Shown here: positions 31,132 through 44,004 of the stretch, piece after piece
Position numbering within the stretch: the first letter of the stretch is position 1
Layout: every line of letters starts with the position of its first letter
Assembly (NCBI GenBank): GCA_041687715.1
Contig: JBDNJO010000021.1
Span: forward strand, 4,895-68,894
Direction of reading: 5' to 3'
Source: Candidatus Nanopelagicales bacterium
Lineage (GTDB): Bacteria > Actinomycetota > Actinomycetes > S36-B12 > UBA5976
DNA: 64,000 bases
The notes under the pieces: model-generated
Told to the model about the DNA's origin: nothing
The model's input: only the letters and a program-made list of their open reading frames with translations
Database searches by the model: none
Translations under genes and position numbers: made by a program

Positions 31132-33252
31132 GTGGCTACCGAAACAACGTTAAACCTCGCTAAGACCCGCAACATCGGGATCATGGCGCACATTGACGCG
31201 GGCAAAACCACGACTACTGAGCGCATCTTGTTTTACACAGGTATCAATTACAAGATCGGTGAAGTACACGAAGGCGCCGCAACCATGGACTGGATGGAGC
31301 AAGAGCAAGAGCGTGGCATCACAATCACCTCAGCTGCAACCACCTGTACTTGGAAAGATCACACCATCAACATCATTGACACTCCAGGTCACGTGGACTT
31401 TACGGTGGAAGTTGAGCGCTCACTTCGCGTACTTGACGGCGCTGTCGCAGTGTTCGACGGTGTTGCAGGCGTAGAGCCACAATCTGAAACTGTATGGCGC
31501 CAAGCAAACAAGTACAGCGTTCCGCGAATTTGTTTTGTGAATAAATTAGATCGCACCGGCGCCGACTTCTTTATGTGTGTTGGCATGATCAAGGATCGTC
31601 TCGGCGCAAACCCACTTATTCTTCAGCTTCCAATTGGCGCCGAAGGCGACTTCATTGGTCTAGTCGATTTGATTCGCATGCAGGCTATGGTTTGGCGCGG
31701 CGAAACAGCAATCGGTGAAGATTACGCGCTTGAAGCAATCCCAGCAGACTTGCAGGATCAAGCTGATACTTATCGTCAGATGATGCTTGAGACCATCGCT
31801 GAAAACGACGAAGTATTTATGGAAAAGTTTTTCGCAGACCCAGACGGTCTAACTGAAGATGATATTCACGATGCAATTCGTCGCGTGACTCTTTCAGGTG
31901 GCGCAGTGCCAATCGTTACTGGAACAGCATTTAAAAACAAAGGCGTCCAGCCAATGCTTGATGCAGTTATCCGTTACTTGCCATCACCACTTGATGTTGA
32001 AGGCGTGACTGGTCACAAGCCAGGCAAGATTGATGAAGAAATGCTTCGCACTCCTAGTGATAGCGAGCCACTTGCTGGACTTGCATTCAAGATTGCAACT
32101 GACCCACACCTTGGCAAGTTAACTTACGTTCGCGTTTACTCCGGACGTCTAGAAGCTGGTTCCTCGGTTCTTAACTCAGTTAAGGGTCGCAAGGAGCGCA
32201 TCGGAAAGATTTACCGAATGCATGCAAACAAGCGAGAAGAAATTGCATCAGTAGGTGCGGGCGACATCGTTGCTGTAATGGGTCTTAAGGACACCACAAC
32301 TGGCGAAACACTTTGCGATCCAGCGAACCCGATCATTCTTGAGTCCATGACTTTCCCAGCCCCGGTTATCGAAGTTGCGATTGAGCCAAAGACAAAGAGC
32401 GACCAAGACAAACTTGGTGTGGCAATTCAGCGCTTGTCGGATGAAGATCCAACATTCCGCGTGCACACTGACGAAGAAACTGGTCAGACCATCATTGCTG
32501 GAATGGGCGAGCTTCACTTGGAAATTCTTGTTGATCGCATGAAGCGCGAATTCAATGTTGAGGCAAACGTTGGTAAGCCTCAGGTTGCTTACCGCGAAAC
32601 AATCACAAAGAACGTAGATCGCATCGATTACACCCATAAGAAGCAAACTGGTGGTTCCGGACAGTTCGCAAAGGTTCAAATTGCAATTGGTCCAAACAAG
32701 CCAATTGACGGCGATGAAACTGCCAACGGTGGTTACGTCTTCATCAACAAAGTCACTGGTGGACGTATTCCTCGTGAATACATTCCTTCCGTAGATGCTG
32801 GTTGCCAAGATGCGATGGAGAACGGCGTACTTGCTGGTTACCCAATGGTTGATGTGCAGGTCACACTTCTTGATGGCGCCTACCACGACGTTGACTCTTC
32901 CGAACTTGCTTTCAAACTTGCTGGTACTCAAGCATTCAAGGAAGGCGTTCGCAGCGCCGGCCCAGTAATTCTTGAACCACTAATGAGCGTCGAAGTCACC
33001 ACCCCAGAAGACTTCATGGGTGATGTAATCGGCGACCTTAATTCTCGGCGCGGACAGATTCAGGCTATGGATGAGCGTTTCGGCTCTCGCGTAGTCAAGG
33101 CCCTGGTTCCGTTGTCGGAAATGTTCGGCTATGTGGGAGATCTTCGTAGTCGTACTCAAGGACGTGCTAGCTACTCCATGGAGTTCGCGCAGTACGCCCA
33201 AGTCCCAGCCAGCGTTCAGACAGAAATTGTCTCGAAAGCTCGGGGCGAGTAA
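31132..33252 (+). CDS. fusA: Elongation factor G
   Basis: GTG start. [25 protein letters not shown]...[11 protein letters not shown]. 706 aa. Confidence 0.98.
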   Translation: MATETTLNLAKTRNIGIMAHIDAGKTTTTERILFYTGINYKIGEVHEGAATMDWMEQEQERGITITSAATTCTWKDHTINIIDTPGHVDFTVEVERSLRVLDGAVAVFDGVAGVEPQSETVWRQANKYSVPRICFVNKLDRTGADFFMCVGMIKDRLGANPLILQLPIGAEGDFIGLVDLIRMQAMVWRGETAIGEDYALEAIPADLQDQADTYRQMMLETIAENDEVFMEKFFADPDGLTEDDIHDAIRRVTLSGGAVPIVTGTAFKNKGVQPMLDAVIRYLPSPLDVEGVTGHKPGKIDEEMLRTPSDSEPLAGLAFKIATDPHLGKLTYVRVYSGRLEAGSSVLNSVKGRKERIGKIYRMHANKREEIASVGAGDIVAVMGLKDTTTGETLCDPANPIILESMTFPAPVIEVAIEPKTKSDQDKLGVAIQRLSDEDPTFRVHTDEETGQTIIAGMGELHLEILVDRMKREFNVEANVGKPQVAYRETITKNVDRIDYTHKKQTGGSGQFAKVQIAIGPNKPIDGDETANGGYVFINKVTGGRIPREYIPSVDAGCQDAMENGVLAGYPMVDVQVTLLDGAYHDVDSSELAFKLAGTQAFKEGVRSAGPVILEPLMSVEVTTPEDFMGDVIGDLNSRRGQIQAMDERFGSRVVKALVPLSEMFGYVGDLRSRTQGRASYSMEFAQYAQVPASVQTEIVSKARGE

Positions 33253-33332
33253 CGGCCCACAGGCCAAGAAAACAAACCTGTTGAGATGAAAGTCATTTCA
33301 ACAGTCAGCACAAGGATCCAGGAGGACCCAAA

Positions 33333-34526
33333 GTGGCAAAGGCGAAGTTTGAGCGGACGAAACCGCACGTAAACATCGGCACCATCGGTCACATTGACCA
33401 CGGCAAGACCACGCTGACTGCTGCCATCACTAAGGTGCTGCACGATGCTTTCCCTGATGTAAACCCATTCACACCTTTCGACATGATCGATAAGGCACCT
33501 GAAGAGCGTCAACGCGGTATCACGATTTCGATCGCCCACGTTGAGTACCAGACAGAAGCGCGTCACTATGCACACGTTGACTGCCCGGGCCACGCGGACT
33601 ACATCAAGAACATGATCACTGGCGCGGCACAGATGGACGGTGCAATTCTTGTAGTTGCAGCGACTGACGGCCCAATGCCTCAGACCAAGGAACACGTACT
33701 ACTTGCTCGTCAGGTTGGCGTTCCTGCAATCGTTGTTGCTCTTAATAAGTGCGACATGGTTGATGACGAAGAACTTATTGAACTCGTAGAAATGGAAGTT
33801 CGCGAACTTCTAAGTGCTTACGAATTCCCAGGCGATGACATTCCTGTTGTTCGCGTAGCTGCATTCCCAGCACTTCAGGGTGATGCTAAGTGGGGACAGT
33901 CAGTTATTGACCTTATGAAGGCTGTTGACGATTACATCCCAACACCAGCTCGCGACACCGAGAAGCCATTCCTTATGCCAGTTGAAGACGTGTTCACGAT
34001 CACAGGTCGTGGAACCGTTGTTACTGGTCGTATCGAACAGGGCATCGTAAAGGTCAACGAAGAAGTTGAAATCGTTGGTATTCGTCCAGATGTACAGAAG
34101 ACAACCGTCACCGGTGTTGAAATGTTCCGCAAACTTCTTGATGAAGGTCGCGCTGGCGAAAACGTTGGACTACTTCTTCGTGGAACAAAGCGTGAAGACA
34201 TTGAGCGTGGCCAGGTTGTTTGTAAGCCAGGTTCCGTTAATCCTCACACTGACTTCGAAGCTAACGTTTACATCCTTTCCAAGGATGAAGGCGGCCGTCA
34301 CACACCATTCTTCGATAACTACCGCCCACAGTTCTACTTCCGCACCACGGACGTAACTGGCGTAGTAACGCTTCCGAGCGGAACCGAAATGGTTATGCCT
34401 GGCGATAACACTGAAATGACCATTGCGTTAATTCAGTCAATCGCTATGGACGAAGGTCTGCGTTTCGCAATCCGCGAAGGTGGCCGCACAGTCGGCGCCG
34501 GTCGCGTAACCAAGATCATCAAGTAA
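33333..34526 (+). CDS. tuf: Elongation factor Tu
   Basis: GTG start. [31 protein letters not shown]...DCPGHADY...NKCD. 397 aa. Confidence 0.98.
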   Translation: MAKAKFERTKPHVNIGTIGHIDHGKTTLTAAITKVLHDAFPDVNPFTPFDMIDKAPEERQRGITISIAHVEYQTEARHYAHVDCPGHADYIKNMITGAAQMDGAILVVAATDGPMPQTKEHVLLARQVGVPAIVVALNKCDMVDDEELIELVEMEVRELLSAYEFPGDDIPVVRVAAFPALQGDAKWGQSVIDLMKAVDDYIPTPARDTEKPFLMPVEDVFTITGRGTVVTGRIEQGIVKVNEEVEIVGIRPDVQKTTVTGVEMFRKLLDEGRAGENVGLLLRGTKREDIERGQVVCKPGSVNPHTDFEANVYILSKDEGGRHTPFFDNYRPQFYFRTTDVTGVVTLPSGTEMVMPGDNTEMTIALIQSIAMDEGLRFAIREGGRTVGAGRVTKIIK

Positions 34527-34561
34527 TTACTGAACTGATCTAGCAAGACAACCGTTTGAGT

Positions 34562-34591
34562 TAGTCGGTGGCCCGAAAGGGTCACCGACTA
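34562..34591 (+). terminator. GC-rich hairpin after tuf; no U-tract
   Basis: TAGTCGGTGGCCC-GAAA-GGGTCACCGACTA (13 bp including one G-U pair, GNRA loop). Followed by CCAGAC, so it is either a partial terminator or a processing/stability element. Confidence 0.5.
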
Positions 34592-34649
34592 CCAGACAAA
34601 GTAAGACCCCTTATTGGCAGTATCTAGAAGAAAAGGATGGTCAAGCCAC

Positions 34650-34958
34650 ATGGCTGGACAAAAGATCCGAATTAGGCTCAAGGCCTACGATCACGAGGTC
34701 ATTGACTCTTCAGCGCGCAAAATCGTTGAGGTTGTGCTCCCTACTGGCGCGAAAGTTGCTGGTCCCGTGCCGCTGCCAACTGAGAAGAACATTTACTGTG
34801 TCATCCGGTCGCCGCACAAGTACAAAGACTCACGCGAGCACTTCGAGATGCGCACTCACAAACGACTTATCGACATCATCGATCCAACACCTAAGACAGT
34901 TGATTCGCTTATGCGCCTTGACTTGCCAGCCGGTGTTGACATTGAGATCAAGCTGTAG
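34650..34958 (+). CDS. rpsJ: 30S ribosomal protein S10
   Basis: [27 protein letters not shown]. The track ORF start (34614) is an upstream extension. Confidence 0.97.
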   Translation: MAGQKIRIRLKAYDHEVIDSSARKIVEVVLPTGAKVAGPVPLPTEKNIYCVIRSPHKYKDSREHFEMRTHKRLIDIIDPTPKTVDSLMRLDLPAGVDIEIKL

Positions 34959-34971
34959 GGATTAGAACAAT

Positions 34972-35616
34972 ATGGCTATCAACAAAAAGGGCATTCTGGG
35001 CGAAAAGCTCGGCATGACTCAGGTATGGGACGAGAACAACCGCGTTGTTCCCGTGACCGTTGTTAAGGCAGGACCTTGTGTTGTGACACAAGTTCGCACG
35101 CCTGAAAACGATGGTTACTCCGGTGTCCAAATTGCTTTCGGACAAATTGATCCGCGCAAGGTAACGCAGCCAATGCTGGGACACTTTGCAAAAGCTGGCG
35201 TAACACCACGTCGTCATCTTCTTGAACTTCGCTTCGATGATGCATCCGCTTACACACTTGGCCAGGAAATTGGCGCTGACACTTTTGAAGTTGGCAGCAA
35301 CATCGACATCACTGGCGTTACAAAAGGTAAAGGTTTTGCTGGAGTTATGAAGCGCCACGGTTTCCATGGCGTTAGCGCATCCCACGGTGCACATAAGAAC
35401 CACCGCAAGCCAGGTTCCATTGGCGCTTGCGCAACACCGGGTCGCGTATTCAAGGGTGTTCGCATGGCGGGCCGCATGGGTGGCGTAACTCAAACAACTC
35501 AGAACTTAAAAGTTCATTCCGTTGATATGGAAAAAGGCTTGATCCTAGTTAAGGGCGCAATTCCTGGCCCAGCAGGTTCAGTAGTACTTCTTCGTTCAGC
35601 CGCGAAGGGAGCATAA
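34972..35616 (+). CDS. rplC: 50S ribosomal protein L3
   Basis: [25 protein letters not shown]...[13 protein letters not shown]. Confidence 0.97.
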   Translation: MAINKKGILGEKLGMTQVWDENNRVVPVTVVKAGPCVVTQVRTPENDGYSGVQIAFGQIDPRKVTQPMLGHFAKAGVTPRRHLLELRFDDASAYTLGQEIGADTFEVGSNIDITGVTKGKGFAGVMKRHGFHGVSASHGAHKNHRKPGSIGACATPGRVFKGVRMAGRMGGVTQTTQNLKVHSVDMEKGLILVKGAIPGPAGSVVLLRSAAKGA

Positions 35617-35620
35617 CGAT

Positions 35621-36295
35621 ATGACTTCAGTAGCAATCAAAACTCCAGCAGGTAAAGCTGCTGGAACTGTCGATCTTCCAGCCGAAATCTTCGACGTGCA
35701 AACAAACATTGCGCTGCTGCACCAGGTAGTAGTTGCACAGCTTGCAGCTGCTCGCCAAGGTACGCACTCAACAAAGCGTCGCGGTGAAGTAAGTGGTTCA
35801 GGTAAGAAGCCTTTCAAGCAAAAGGGAACTGGTCGCGCTCGTCAGGGTTCGATCCGTGCACCTCAGTACCGTGGTGGTGGAATCACACATGGTCCACACC
35901 CACGCGATTACGATCAGCGCACTCCTAAGAAGATGAAAGCAGCAGCGCTTCGCGGTGCACTTTCAGATCGCGCACGCAATGGAAACATTCACGTACTGTC
36001 CTCAGTAGTTGAAGGCGATTCACCATCAACAAAGCAAGCACTTGCTGCGATTACTTCGGTGTCAACTGCAAAGAACATTTTGGTAGTTGTGGATCGTACA
36101 GATTTCGTAAGTTGGAAGAGCCTACGCAACGTAGATGCAATTCACTTGCTTGCTGTTGATCAACTAAATACCTACGACGTACTTAAGTCTGATGACGTTG
36201 TCTTTACTAAGGCAGCTTTTGAAGTTTTTGTTGCTGGACCAGCTCGCGGCAAGTCCGTTAAAGCTGTCGCTGGCTCAAATGAAGTAGAGGCATAA
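35621..36295 (+). CDS. rplD: 50S ribosomal protein L4
   Basis: [44 protein letters not shown]. Confidence 0.96.
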   Translation: MTSVAIKTPAGKAAGTVDLPAEIFDVQTNIALLHQVVVAQLAAARQGTHSTKRRGEVSGSGKKPFKQKGTGRARQGSIRAPQYRGGGITHGPHPRDYDQRTPKKMKAAALRGALSDRARNGNIHVLSSVVEGDSPSTKQALAAITSVSTAKNILVVVDRTDFVSWKSLRNVDAIHLLAVDQLNTYDVLKSDDVVFTKAAFEVFVAGPARGKSVKAVAGSNEVEA

Positions 36296-36298
36296 ATC

Positions 36299-36601
36299 AT
36301 GGCAACTATCGCAGACCCACGCGACATTCTTATCTCGCCAGTTATCTCTGAAAAGAGTTACAAGCTACTTGATGAGAACAAGTACACATTCGTTGTTCGC
36401 CCGGATGCTAACAAGACCCAAATCAAAATTGCGGTTGCAGAAGTATTCAAAGTTAAGGTGACCGGCGTAAACATTATCAATCGTCGCGGCAAGACAGTGC
36501 GCACACGTTCAGGTCTTGGCAAGCGTGCCGATACCAAGCGTGCCATCGTAACTGTTGCTGCTGGCGACCGTATCGACATCTTTGGTGGTCCGGTTTCTTA
36601 A
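36299..36601 (+). CDS. rplW: 50S ribosomal protein L23
   Basis: [16 protein letters not shown]...[26 protein letters not shown]. Confidence 0.96.
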   Translation: MATIADPRDILISPVISEKSYKLLDENKYTFVVRPDANKTQIKIAVAEVFKVKVTGVNIINRRGKTVRTRSGLGKRADTKRAIVTVAAGDRIDIFGGPVS

Positions 36602-36630
36602 CCGGACGAGAATAGGACAGGGAAACTCAA

Positions 36631-37467
36631 ATGGGAATCCGTAAGTACAAGCCGACCACTCCGGGCCGTCGTGGCTCAAGTGTCGCCGACTTCGTCGAAA
36701 TTACACGCTCAACACCAGAGAAGTCATTGGTTCGCCCGCTTCACAGCAAGGGTGGCCGTAACAACGCTGGCCGCGTAACTGCTCGTCACCAAGGTGGCGG
36801 ACACAAGCGCGCTTACCGCCTAATTGATTTCCGTCGCAATGACAAAGATGGTGTACCAGCAAAGGTTGCACACATCGAATACGATCCAAACCGTACTGCT
36901 CGTATTGCACTTTTGCATTACGCAGATGGCGAGAAGCGTTACATCATTGCGCCAAACAAACTTAAGCAAGGCGATCGCATTGAAACCGGTCCAGCTGCTG
37001 ACATTAAGCCAGGCAATAACTTGCCACTTCGCAACATTCCAGTTGGTACCGTGATTCACGCAATTGAACTTCGCCCAGGTGGTGGAGCAAAGATCGCGCG
37101 TTCCGCAGGAACTAGCGTTCAGCTTGTTGCTAAAGACGGCCCTTACGCACAGCTTCGTATGCCATCCGGAGAAATCCGTAACGTTGATGCGCGCTGCCGC
37201 GCGACCATCGGCGAAGTTGGCAACGCAGAACAATCCAACATCAACTGGGGTAAGGCTGGGCGTATGCGCTGGAAAGGCAAGCGCCCAACTGTCCGTGGTG
37301 TTGCTATGAACCCTGTCGATCACCCGCATGGTGGTGGTGAAGGTAAGACTTCCGGTGGACGTCACCCAGTGAATCCAAACGGTAAAGCAGAAGGTCGTAC
37401 CCGTAGTGCCAATAAGGCCAGCGACAAGATGATCGTCCGCCGCCGCAAGACCGGCAAGAAGCGCTAG
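36631..37467 (+). CDS. rplB: 50S ribosomal protein L2
   Basis: [18 protein letters not shown]...[13 protein letters not shown]...[13 protein letters not shown]. Confidence 0.98.
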   Translation: MGIRKYKPTTPGRRGSSVADFVEITRSTPEKSLVRPLHSKGGRNNAGRVTARHQGGGHKRAYRLIDFRRNDKDGVPAKVAHIEYDPNRTARIALLHYADGEKRYIIAPNKLKQGDRIETGPAADIKPGNNLPLRNIPVGTVIHAIELRPGGGAKIARSAGTSVQLVAKDGPYAQLRMPSGEIRNVDARCRATIGEVGNAEQSNINWGKAGRMRWKGKRPTVRGVAMNPVDHPHGGGEGKTSGGRHPVNPNGKAEGRTRSANKASDKMIVRRRKTGKKR

Positions 37468-37478
37468 GAGTTATTGAT

Positions 37479-37760
37479 ATGCCACGTAGCCTGAAAAAAG
37501 GTCCATTCATTGACGGACACCTTCTAAAGAAGGTTGATGCTCAAAATGAAAAGGGAACCAAGAACGTGATCAAGACCTGGTCACGCCGATCCGTAATTTC
37601 TCCAGTAATGCTCGGCCACACTTTGGCAGTGCACGACGGACGCAAGCATGTTCCAGTTTTCGTAACTGAAGACATGGTTGGCCACAAGCTAGGTGAATTC
37701 GCACCAACACGTACCTTCAAGGGTCACGTGAAGGACGATCGCAAAGCAAAGCGTAAGTAG
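37479..37760 (+). CDS. rpsS: 30S ribosomal protein S19
   Basis: [19 protein letters not shown]...[17 protein letters not shown]. Confidence 0.97.
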   Translation: MPRSLKKGPFIDGHLLKKVDAQNEKGTKNVIKTWSRRSVISPVMLGHTLAVHDGRKHVPVFVTEDMVGHKLGEFAPTRTFKGHVKDDRKAKRK

Positions 37761-37765
37761 GGACA

Positions 37766-38137
37766 GTGATGGAAGCTTTAACAACTAACTCGGCGCGGGC
37801 ACAAGCTCGTTTCGTCCGCGTAACTCCGCAGAAGGCTCGTCGAGTAATCGACTTAATTCGTGGAATGAACGCGCAAGAAGCACAGACATTACTTCGCTTT
37901 GCGCCACAAGCTGCAAGTGAGCCAATTAGCAAAGTTGTTGGTAGCGCGATTGCTAACGCAACAAACAACTACAACTTGGATCCACGCACACTTGTTATCA
38001 CTCAGGCGTTTGTCGATGAAGGTCCAACCATGAAGCGCTTTCGTCCACGTGCACAGGGTCGGGCAAGCCAGATCTTGAAGCGCACTAGCCACATAACCGT
38101 AATCGTTGAGTCCGTTGACTCCCAGAAGAAGGGATAG
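37766..38137 (+). CDS. rplV: 50S ribosomal protein L22
   Basis: [30 protein letters not shown]...[12 protein letters not shown]. Start is GTG 37766 or ATG 37769. Confidence 0.96.
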   Translation: MMEALTTNSARAQARFVRVTPQKARRVIDLIRGMNAQEAQTLLRFAPQAASEPISKVVGSAIANATNNYNLDPRTLVITQAFVDEGPTMKRFRPRAQGRASQILKRTSHITVIVESVDSQKKG

Positions 38138-38142
38138 TCCTA

Positions 38143-38946
38143 ATGGGTCAGAAAATTAATCCGTATGGCTTCCGCCTCGGCATCACAACTGATTACCGCT
38201 CAAAGTGGTTTGCAGATTCATCCAAGGTTGGCGAGCGCTACCGCGACTACGTTGCTGAAGATGTAAAAATCCGCAAGCTAATGACTGAGGGCATGGAACG
38301 CGCTGGAATTGCACGTGTTGAAATCGAACGTACTCGTGATCGAGTTCGCGTTGACATTCACACTGCGCGTCCTGGAATCGTTATTGGTCGTCGTGGTCAA
38401 GAAGCAGACATCATTCGTACCAAGTTAGAAAACTTAACTGGCAAGCAAGTGCAGCTAAACGTTCTGGAAGTTAAGCATCCAGAAATCGAAGCACAACTTG
38501 TAGCTCAAGGCGTTGCAGAACAACTTTCAAGTCGCGTTTCATTCCGACGCGCGATGAAGAAGGCTATGCAGTCAGCACTTAAGGGTGGCGCAAAGGGAAT
38601 TCGTATTCAGGTTTCCGGCCGTCTTGGTGGCGCTGAAATGTCACGTCGTGAGTTCTACCGCGAAGGTCGAGTGCCGTTGCACACACTTCGCGCAGACATC
38701 GATTACGGCTTTTACGAAGCTCGCACAACTTTTGGTCGCATCGGCGTAAAGGTATGGATTTACAAGGGTAATGCTCTTGGAACTCGTACTGAACGTGAGC
38801 AAGCAGCAGCTGCTGCGCGCGCTCGTCCAGCTAGCCGACCAGCAACTCGCACACCGCGCGCGCCCGGAGCAACAAGTGCGCCAACAACTGAAGCACCTGC
38901 AGCAGTTGCTGTTGCCGAAGCTCCAGCCGCAGTAGAAGGAGCATAA
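38143..38946 (+). CDS. rpsC: 30S ribosomal protein S3 with an Ala/Pro-rich C-terminal tail
   Basis: [23 protein letters not shown]...[12 protein letters not shown]. Tail is [47 protein letters not shown]. Confidence 0.97.
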   Translation: MGQKINPYGFRLGITTDYRSKWFADSSKVGERYRDYVAEDVKIRKLMTEGMERAGIARVEIERTRDRVRVDIHTARPGIVIGRRGQEADIIRTKLENLTGKQVQLNVLEVKHPEIEAQLVAQGVAEQLSSRVSFRRAMKKAMQSALKGGAKGIRIQVSGRLGGAEMSRREFYREGRVPLHTLRADIDYGFYEARTTFGRIGVKVWIYKGNALGTRTEREQAAAAARARPASRPATRTPRAPGATSAPTTEAPAAVAVAEAPAAVEGA

Positions 38947-38948
38947 GC

Positions 38949-39362
38949 ATGTTAATTCCACGTCGCGTTAAGCATCGTAAGCAGCATCACCCAGATCGCC
39001 ACGGCGCATCAAAGGGCGGCAATGAAGTAACTTTCGGTCAGTGGGGTCTGCAGGCAATGGAGCCGGCATACGTTACTAACCGTCAGATCGAGTCCGCTCG
39101 TATTGCAATGACTCGTCATATTCGTCGTGGTGGAAAAGTTTGGATCAACATTTATCCAGACCGCCCACTTACTAAGAAGCCTGCTGAAACTCGAATGGGT
39201 TCCGGTAAGGGTTCACCAGAATGGTGGATTGCAAACGTCAAGCCAGGACGAATCATGTTTGAAATTGCATTCCCAAGCGAGAAGGTCGCACACGAGGCAC
39301 TTACCCGCGCAATGCACAAATTGCCGATGAAGTGCCGCATCGTTGCGCGAGAGGAGATCTAA
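38949..39362 (+). CDS. rplP: 50S ribosomal protein L16
   Basis: [19 protein letters not shown]...[24 protein letters not shown]. Confidence 0.97.
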   Translation: MLIPRRVKHRKQHHPDRHGASKGGNEVTFGQWGLQAMEPAYVTNRQIESARIAMTRHIRRGGKVWINIYPDRPLTKKPAETRMGSGKGSPEWWIANVKPGRIMFEIAFPSEKVAHEALTRAMHKLPMKCRIVAREEI

Positions 39363-39595
39363 TGCCGATTACAAACACAGTTGACTTACGCGGTCTTGCC
39401 AATGATGAATTGATTTCAAAATTGCGCGAAGCCAAAGAAGAACTATTTAACCTACGATTCCAGGCTGCCACCGGTCAGCTTGAAAGCCATGGCCGTCTGC
39501 CTGCAGTCCGCAAGGAAATTGCACGCGTGTACACCGTGATGCGCGAACGCGAATTAGGTATCACTCCGGTTGAAAGCAGTGAGGGTGCAGCATGA
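39362..39595 (+). CDS. rpmC: 50S ribosomal protein L29
   Basis: ATG 39362 overlaps the rplP stop (TAATG). [33 protein letters not shown]. The track ORF start (39332) is an extension into rplP. Confidence 0.95.
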   Translation: MPITNTVDLRGLANDELISKLREAKEELFNLRFQAATGQLESHGRLPAVRKEIARVYTVMRERELGITPVESSEGAA

Positions 39596-39855
39596 GCGAC
39601 GTAGAGCGCGGCGACCGCAAGGTTCGTGAAGGTTTAGTTGTTAGCGACAAGATGAATAAGACAATTGTCGTTGCAGTTGAAGATCGCTTTAAGCATCCGC
39701 TTTATGGCAAGGTTGTGCGTCGCACAAACAAGCTAAAAGCACATGACGAGACCAATGCCGCTGGCATTGGGGATCGTGTTCTGTTGATGGAGACTCGACC
39801 ACTCAGCGCTACTAAGCGCTGGCGCATGGTTGAGATCCTCGAGAAAGCTAAGTAA
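39592..39855 (+). CDS. rpsQ: 30S ribosomal protein S17
   Basis: [45 protein letters not shown]. Confidence 0.96.
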   Translation: MSDVERGDRKVREGLVVSDKMNKTIVVAVEDRFKHPLYGKVVRRTNKLKAHDETNAAGIGDRVLLMETRPLSATKRWRMVEILEKAK

Positions 39856-39870
39856 GGGTAGGGATCAAAA

Positions 39871-40239
39871 GTGATTCAACAAGAGTCTCGACTAAGAGTC
39901 GCTGACAACACAGGTGCCAAGGAAATCTTGGTTATCCGTGTTCTCGGTGGTTCCGGCCGTCGTTATGCAGGTATCGGCGATGTTGTCGTTGGTACAGTCA
40001 AGGACGCGATTCCTGGTGGCAACGTCAAAAAAGGCGACGTCATTAAGGCAGTTATCGTGCGCACCAAAAAGGAGCGCCGCCGTCCAGATGGTTCCTACAT
40101 TCGTTTCGATGAGAACGCAGCAGTCATTCTTAAGGCTGATGGCGAGCCTCGTGGAACTCGTATCTTTGGACCAGTTGGTCGTGAACTTCGCGATAAGAAG
40201 TTCATGAAAATTATTTCGCTTGCACCGGAGGTTTTGTAA
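39871..40239 (+). CDS. rplN: 50S ribosomal protein L14
   Basis: GTG start. [36 protein letters not shown]. Confidence 0.97.
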   Translation: MIQQESRLRVADNTGAKEILVIRVLGGSGRRYAGIGDVVVGTVKDAIPGGNVKKGDVIKAVIVRTKKERRRPDGSYIRFDENAAVILKADGEPRGTRIFGPVGRELRDKKFMKIISLAPEVL

Positions 40240-40586
40240 TGAAAATCAAAACAGGTGATGAAGTGTTGGTAATCGCTGGCAAAGACAAGGGTTCCAAGGG
40301 AACAGTCCTTGCGGTATTTGAAGAACGCAATAAAGTTATCGTCGAAGGCGTTAACCGCATGAAGCGTCACGTTCGTAAAGAACAGACAACTCGCGGTGTA
40401 GTCGTTGGCGGTATCGAAACTATCGAAGCCCCAATTCATGTTTCAAACGTTCAGCTTCTCGTGGATGGAAAACCAACTAAAGTTGGCGCCCGTCGCGACA
40501 CAGTAACTAAGACTCGTACCGACGGCACAACTTACGAAGGCTCCCGTGGCGTTCGTGTTGCCCGTGCATCTGGAAAGGACATCTAA
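40239..40586 (+). CDS. rplX: 50S ribosomal protein L24
   Basis: [26 protein letters not shown] (KOW motif). TAATG overlap with rplN. Confidence 0.96.
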   Translation: MKIKTGDEVLVIAGKDKGSKGTVLAVFEERNKVIVEGVNRMKRHVRKEQTTRGVVVGGIETIEAPIHVSNVQLLVDGKPTKVGARRDTVTKTRTDGTTYEGSRGVRVARASGKDI

Positions 40587-41149
40587 TGGCTACTGATGTC
40601 AAAGTGTCTCCACGTTTAAAGACGACTTACCGTGAGGAAATCGTTCCTGCGCTTAAGTCCGAATTTGCGTTCGCAAACGCTATGCAAGTTCCTGGTCTGA
40701 CAAAGATCGTTGTGAACATGGGTGTTGGCGAAGCTGCGCGTGACTCAAAGTTGATCGAGGGCGCAATCCGCGATCTAACAGCAATCACAGGCCAAAAACC
40801 ACAGGTCACAAAAGCCCGGCTATCTATCGCGCAGTTCAAGCTCCGCGAAGGTATGCCAATTGGTGCGCACGTCACACTTCGTGGCGATCGCATGTGGGAA
40901 TTTCTAGATCGTCTGTTGACACTGGCCTTGCCACGTATCCGCGACTTCCGTGGTCTATCCCCAAAGCAGTTTGATGGAAATGGTAACTACACCTTCGGTC
41001 TAACCGAGCAGGTTATGTTCCACGAAATCAATCCAGACTCAGTAGATCGTCAGCGTGGAATGGATATCACGCTGGTTACAACTGCTGCTAACGATGCTGA
41101 AGGTCGGGCGCTACTTAAGCTCCTGGGCTTCCCATTCAAGGAGGCTTAA
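40586..41149 (+). CDS. rplE: 50S ribosomal protein L5
   Basis: [19 protein letters not shown]...[14 protein letters not shown]...[16 protein letters not shown]. Confidence 0.97.
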   Translation: MATDVKVSPRLKTTYREEIVPALKSEFAFANAMQVPGLTKIVVNMGVGEAARDSKLIEGAIRDLTAITGQKPQVTKARLSIAQFKLREGMPIGAHVTLRGDRMWEFLDRLLTLALPRIRDFRGLSPKQFDGNGNYTFGLTEQVMFHEINPDSVDRQRGMDITLVTTAANDAEGRALLKLLGFPFKEA

Positions 41150-41152
41150 GTC

Positions 41153-41338
41153 ATGGCGAAAACCGGTCTTAGGAATAAAGCCAACGAAACCCCGAAGTTC
41201 AAAGTTCGCGGTTACACCCGTTGCCAGCGCTGCGGTCGTCCACATTCGGTTTACCGTAAGTTCGGGCTTTGCCGAATTTGTTTCCGTGAGATGGCACACG
41301 CCGGCGAACTTCCAGGTATCACCAAGAGTTCTTGGTAA
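41153..41338 (+). CDS. rpsZ: 30S ribosomal protein S14, type Z (zinc-binding, 61 aa)
   Basis: [46 protein letters not shown] (CxxC...CxxC). Confidence 0.96.
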   Translation: MAKTGLRNKANETPKFKVRGYTRCQRCGRPHSVYRKFGLCRICFREMAHAGELPGITKSSW

Positions 41339-41393
41339 CAACAACAACGACGTAGGTCCCTAGGGATACCGCGACGAGAAGGGCGATAAGCCA

Positions 41394-41792
41394 ATGACGA
41401 TGACAGACCCAATTGCAGACATGCTCACGCGTGTTCGCAATGCAAACTCGGCTCACCATGAGTCCGTGTCAATGCCGCATTCCAAAATGAAAGAGCACAT
41501 TGCTGAAATCCTCAAGCGCGAGGGTTACATCGGCAGCTTTGATGTTTCGGATGCCCTAGTTGGCAAAACACTGAACATTAGCTTGAAGTACGGTCCAAAC
41601 CGCGAGCGCTCCATTGCTGGCGTGCGACGAGTTTCCAAGCCAGGTCTTCGCGTTTACGCAAAGAACACTGCGCTACCTCGTGTACTCGGCGGCCTAGGTG
41701 TGGCAATTATTTCAACTTCAACCGGTCTGTTAACAGACAAGCAGTGCGCACAGAAGGGCGTAGGTGGAGAAGTTCTCGCCTACGTCTGGTAA
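41394..41792 (+). CDS. rpsH: 30S ribosomal protein S8
   Basis: [25 protein letters not shown]. Confidence 0.97.
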   Translation: MTMTDPIADMLTRVRNANSAHHESVSMPHSKMKEHIAEILKREGYIGSFDVSDALVGKTLNISLKYGPNRERSIAGVRRVSKPGLRVYAKNTALPRVLGGLGVAIISTSTGLLTDKQCAQKGVGGEVLAYVW

Positions 41793-41804
41793 GAGGAGCC
41801 TGAC

Positions 41805-42347
41805 ATGTCACGTATCGGTCGTATGCCAATCACTATCCCAAGTGGTGTAGAAGTAACAATTGATGGTTCCAACGTCACAGTAAAGGGACCCAAGGGTTCA
41901 CTTTCACACGTTGTCGTAGCTCCAATCACTGTTGCGCGCGAAGAAGACGGGCAACTTGCTGTTACCCGTCCAAATGATGAGCGCGAAAGCCGTGCCCGTC
42001 ACGGTCTTACTCGCACCTTGATCTCCAACATGGTTGTTGGAGTAACACAGGGCTATTCAAAGACTTTGGAAATCTCCGGTACTGGTTACCGTGTGGCTGC
42101 CCAGGGCGACACTTTGGAATTCGCACTTGGTTATTCCCATCCAGTGAAGGTAACTGCGCCAGCAGGAATTACTTTCACAGTTGAGACTCCAACAAAATTG
42201 CAGGTATCAGGTATCGACAAGCAGCAGGTCGGCGAAGTATCCGCAAACTTGCGCAAGCTTCGTAAGCCAGATCCATACAAAGCAAAAGGTATCCGTTATT
42301 CAGACGAAGTTATTCGTCGCAAGGCTGGAAAGGCTGGCAAGAAGTAA
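41805..42347 (+). CDS. rplF: 50S ribosomal protein L6
   Basis: [33 protein letters not shown]. Confidence 0.97.
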   Translation: MSRIGRMPITIPSGVEVTIDGSNVTVKGPKGSLSHVVVAPITVAREEDGQLAVTRPNDERESRARHGLTRTLISNMVVGVTQGYSKTLEISGTGYRVAAQGDTLEFALGYSHPVKVTAPAGITFTVETPTKLQVSGIDKQQVGEVSANLRKLRKPDPYKAKGIRYSDEVIRRKAGKAGKK

Positions 42348-42349
42348 TC

Positions 42350-42730
42350 ATGTCTGTCGTAGCCAAATTAGGAACAGGTAACAAGAAGGCGGTAGCGCGT
42401 AAGCGTCGCCACACTCGTGTTCGTAAGAAGCTTTCGGGAACAACTGCGCGTCCACGCATGGTTGTTAACCGTTCAGCTCGTCACATTTCAGTCCAGGTCG
42501 TTGACGATGTTGCAGGTCACACACTTGCATACGCATCAACAATGGAAAAGACCTTGAAGAGCAAGGCTGATGACAAGAGTGCCAAGGCCCGCGAGGTCGG
42601 CAAGCTTGTTGCTGAACGTGCTAAGCAAGCAGGAATTTCAACAGTCGTATTTGATCGTGGTGGCAATAAGTACCACGGCCGAATTGCGGCACTAGCTGAT
42701 GGCGCCCGCGAGGGCGGCCTCGATTTCTAA
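42350..42730 (+). CDS. rplR: 50S ribosomal protein L18
   Basis: [38 protein letters not shown]...[24 protein letters not shown]. Confidence 0.96.
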   Translation: MSVVAKLGTGNKKAVARKRRHTRVRKKLSGTTARPRMVVNRSARHISVQVVDDVAGHTLAYASTMEKTLKSKADDKSAKAREVGKLVAERAKQAGISTVVFDRGGNKYHGRIAALADGAREGGLDF

Positions 42731-42757
42731 GTCACGAAGGAAGTAGGAAAAGTAATT

Positions 42758-43375
42758 ATGGCTGCTAACCAACGTGGTGGTGAAACTCGCGAGGGCGGTA
42801 CTACCGATCGTCGCGAACGTCGTGATCGTAATGATCGCTCACAGGCACCTGTCGAGAAGAGTGCATTCGTAGAGCGTGTTGTCGCTATCAACCGTGTTTC
42901 GAAAGTTGTTAAGGGTGGTCGTCGCTTTAGCTTCACCGCTCTAGTTGTTGTCGGTGACGGCGATGGTCGAGTAGGCGTGGGTTACGGCAAGGCAAAAGAA
43001 GTGCCTGCCGCCATCGCTAAAGGTGTTGAGGAAGCAAAGAAGAATTTCTTCGTTGTGCCTCGCATTCAAAAGACAATCCCACATCCAGTTAAGGGTGAAG
43101 CTGCAGCAGGCGTTGTAATGCTTCGTCCAGCCGCTCCAGGTACCGGCGTTATCGCAGGTGGACCAGTGCGCGCTGTACTTGAGTGTGCTGGAATTGCTGA
43201 TGTACTTTCCAAGTCACTTGGATCTGACAATGCGATCAACATTGTGCATGCAACTGTTGCAGCACTGAAAATGCTTGAGCGTCCAGAACAGGTTGCGGCT
43301 CGCCGTGGCCTGCCACTTGACCAAGTCGCCCCAGCTGCGCTTCTTCGCGCGAATGCAGAGAAGGTTGGTGCGTAA
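42758..43375 (+). CDS. rpsE: 30S ribosomal protein S5
   Basis: [46 protein letters not shown]. Confidence 0.97.
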   Translation: MAANQRGGETREGGTTDRRERRDRNDRSQAPVEKSAFVERVVAINRVSKVVKGGRRFSFTALVVVGDGDGRVGVGYGKAKEVPAAIAKGVEEAKKNFFVVPRIQKTIPHPVKGEAAAGVVMLRPAAPGTGVIAGGPVRAVLECAGIADVLSKSLGSDNAINIVHATVAALKMLERPEQVAARRGLPLDQVAPAALLRANAEKVGA

Positions 43376-43557
43376 TGGCAAAGTTCAAAGTAACTCAGTT
43401 GAAGTCCGGCATTGGCGGCAAGCAAAATCAGCGCGACACTTTGCGCTCACTTGGCTTAAAGCGAATCGGTGACACTGTTGTAAAGGAAGATCGTCCAGAA
43501 ATTCGTGGCATGGTTAACACCGTTCGCCACTTGGTAAGTGTTGAGGAGGTTAAGTAA
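43375..43557 (+). CDS. rpmD: 50S ribosomal protein L30
   Basis: [36 protein letters not shown]. Confidence 0.95.
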   Translation: MAKFKVTQLKSGIGGKQNQRDTLRSLGLKRIGDTVVKEDRPEIRGMVNTVRHLVSVEEVK

Positions 43558-43559
43558 CC

Positions 43560-44000
43560 ATGACTCTTAAGATTCATCATCTTCGCCCGGCTCCGGGTAG
43601 TAAGACCGCTAAAACACGCGTTGGCCGTGGTGAAGGTAGCAAGGGTAAGACAGCAGGTCGAGGTACCAAAGGTACTAAGGCGCGCTATCAAGTTCCGGTT
43701 CGTTTTGAAGGTGGCCAGATGCCACTTCATATGCGCACACCAAAGTTGAAGGGCTTTAAAAACCCATTTGGTACGGAATACCAAGTTGTTAACGTCGCAC
43801 AGATCAATGCACTGTTTCCAAAGGGTGGCGATATTTCAATCACTGACCTAGTAAATGCTGGCGCAGTTCGCAAGGGCGAACTTGTAAAGGTTCTTGGTCA
43901 AGGAGAAATTTCCGTATCGGTAAAAGTAACCGCTAATGCGTTTTCAGAATCAGCCAAGGCAAAGATTGCCGCAGCTGGTGGTTCTGTAAACCAGATCTGA
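43560..44000 (+). CDS. rplO: 50S ribosomal protein L15
   Basis: [36 protein letters not shown]. Confidence 0.96.
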   Translation: MTLKIHHLRPAPGSKTAKTRVGRGEGSKGKTAGRGTKGTKARYQVPVRFEGGQMPLHMRTPKLKGFKNPFGTEYQVVNVAQINALFPKGGDISITDLVNAGAVRKGELVKVLGQGEISVSVKVTANAFSESAKAKIAAAGGSVNQI

Positions 44001-44004
44001 TTGG

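Noticed and set aside
32248-32931. Long antisense ORFs inside core genes: 227 aa antisense to fusA, 33216-33695 antisense to tuf, 34948-35493 antisense to rplC, 36820-37365 antisense to rplB, 9504-9965 antisense to secA, 7446-7964 antisense to the SpoIID gene, and 55515-55979 antisense to the MFS gene.
   Set aside because: Each lies wholly within a confidently identified, highly conserved gene on the other strand. Their translations are low-complexity or Cys/Arg/Ser-rich with no recognisable motifs. Stop-poor antisense frames are an expected by-product of the sense codon bias.
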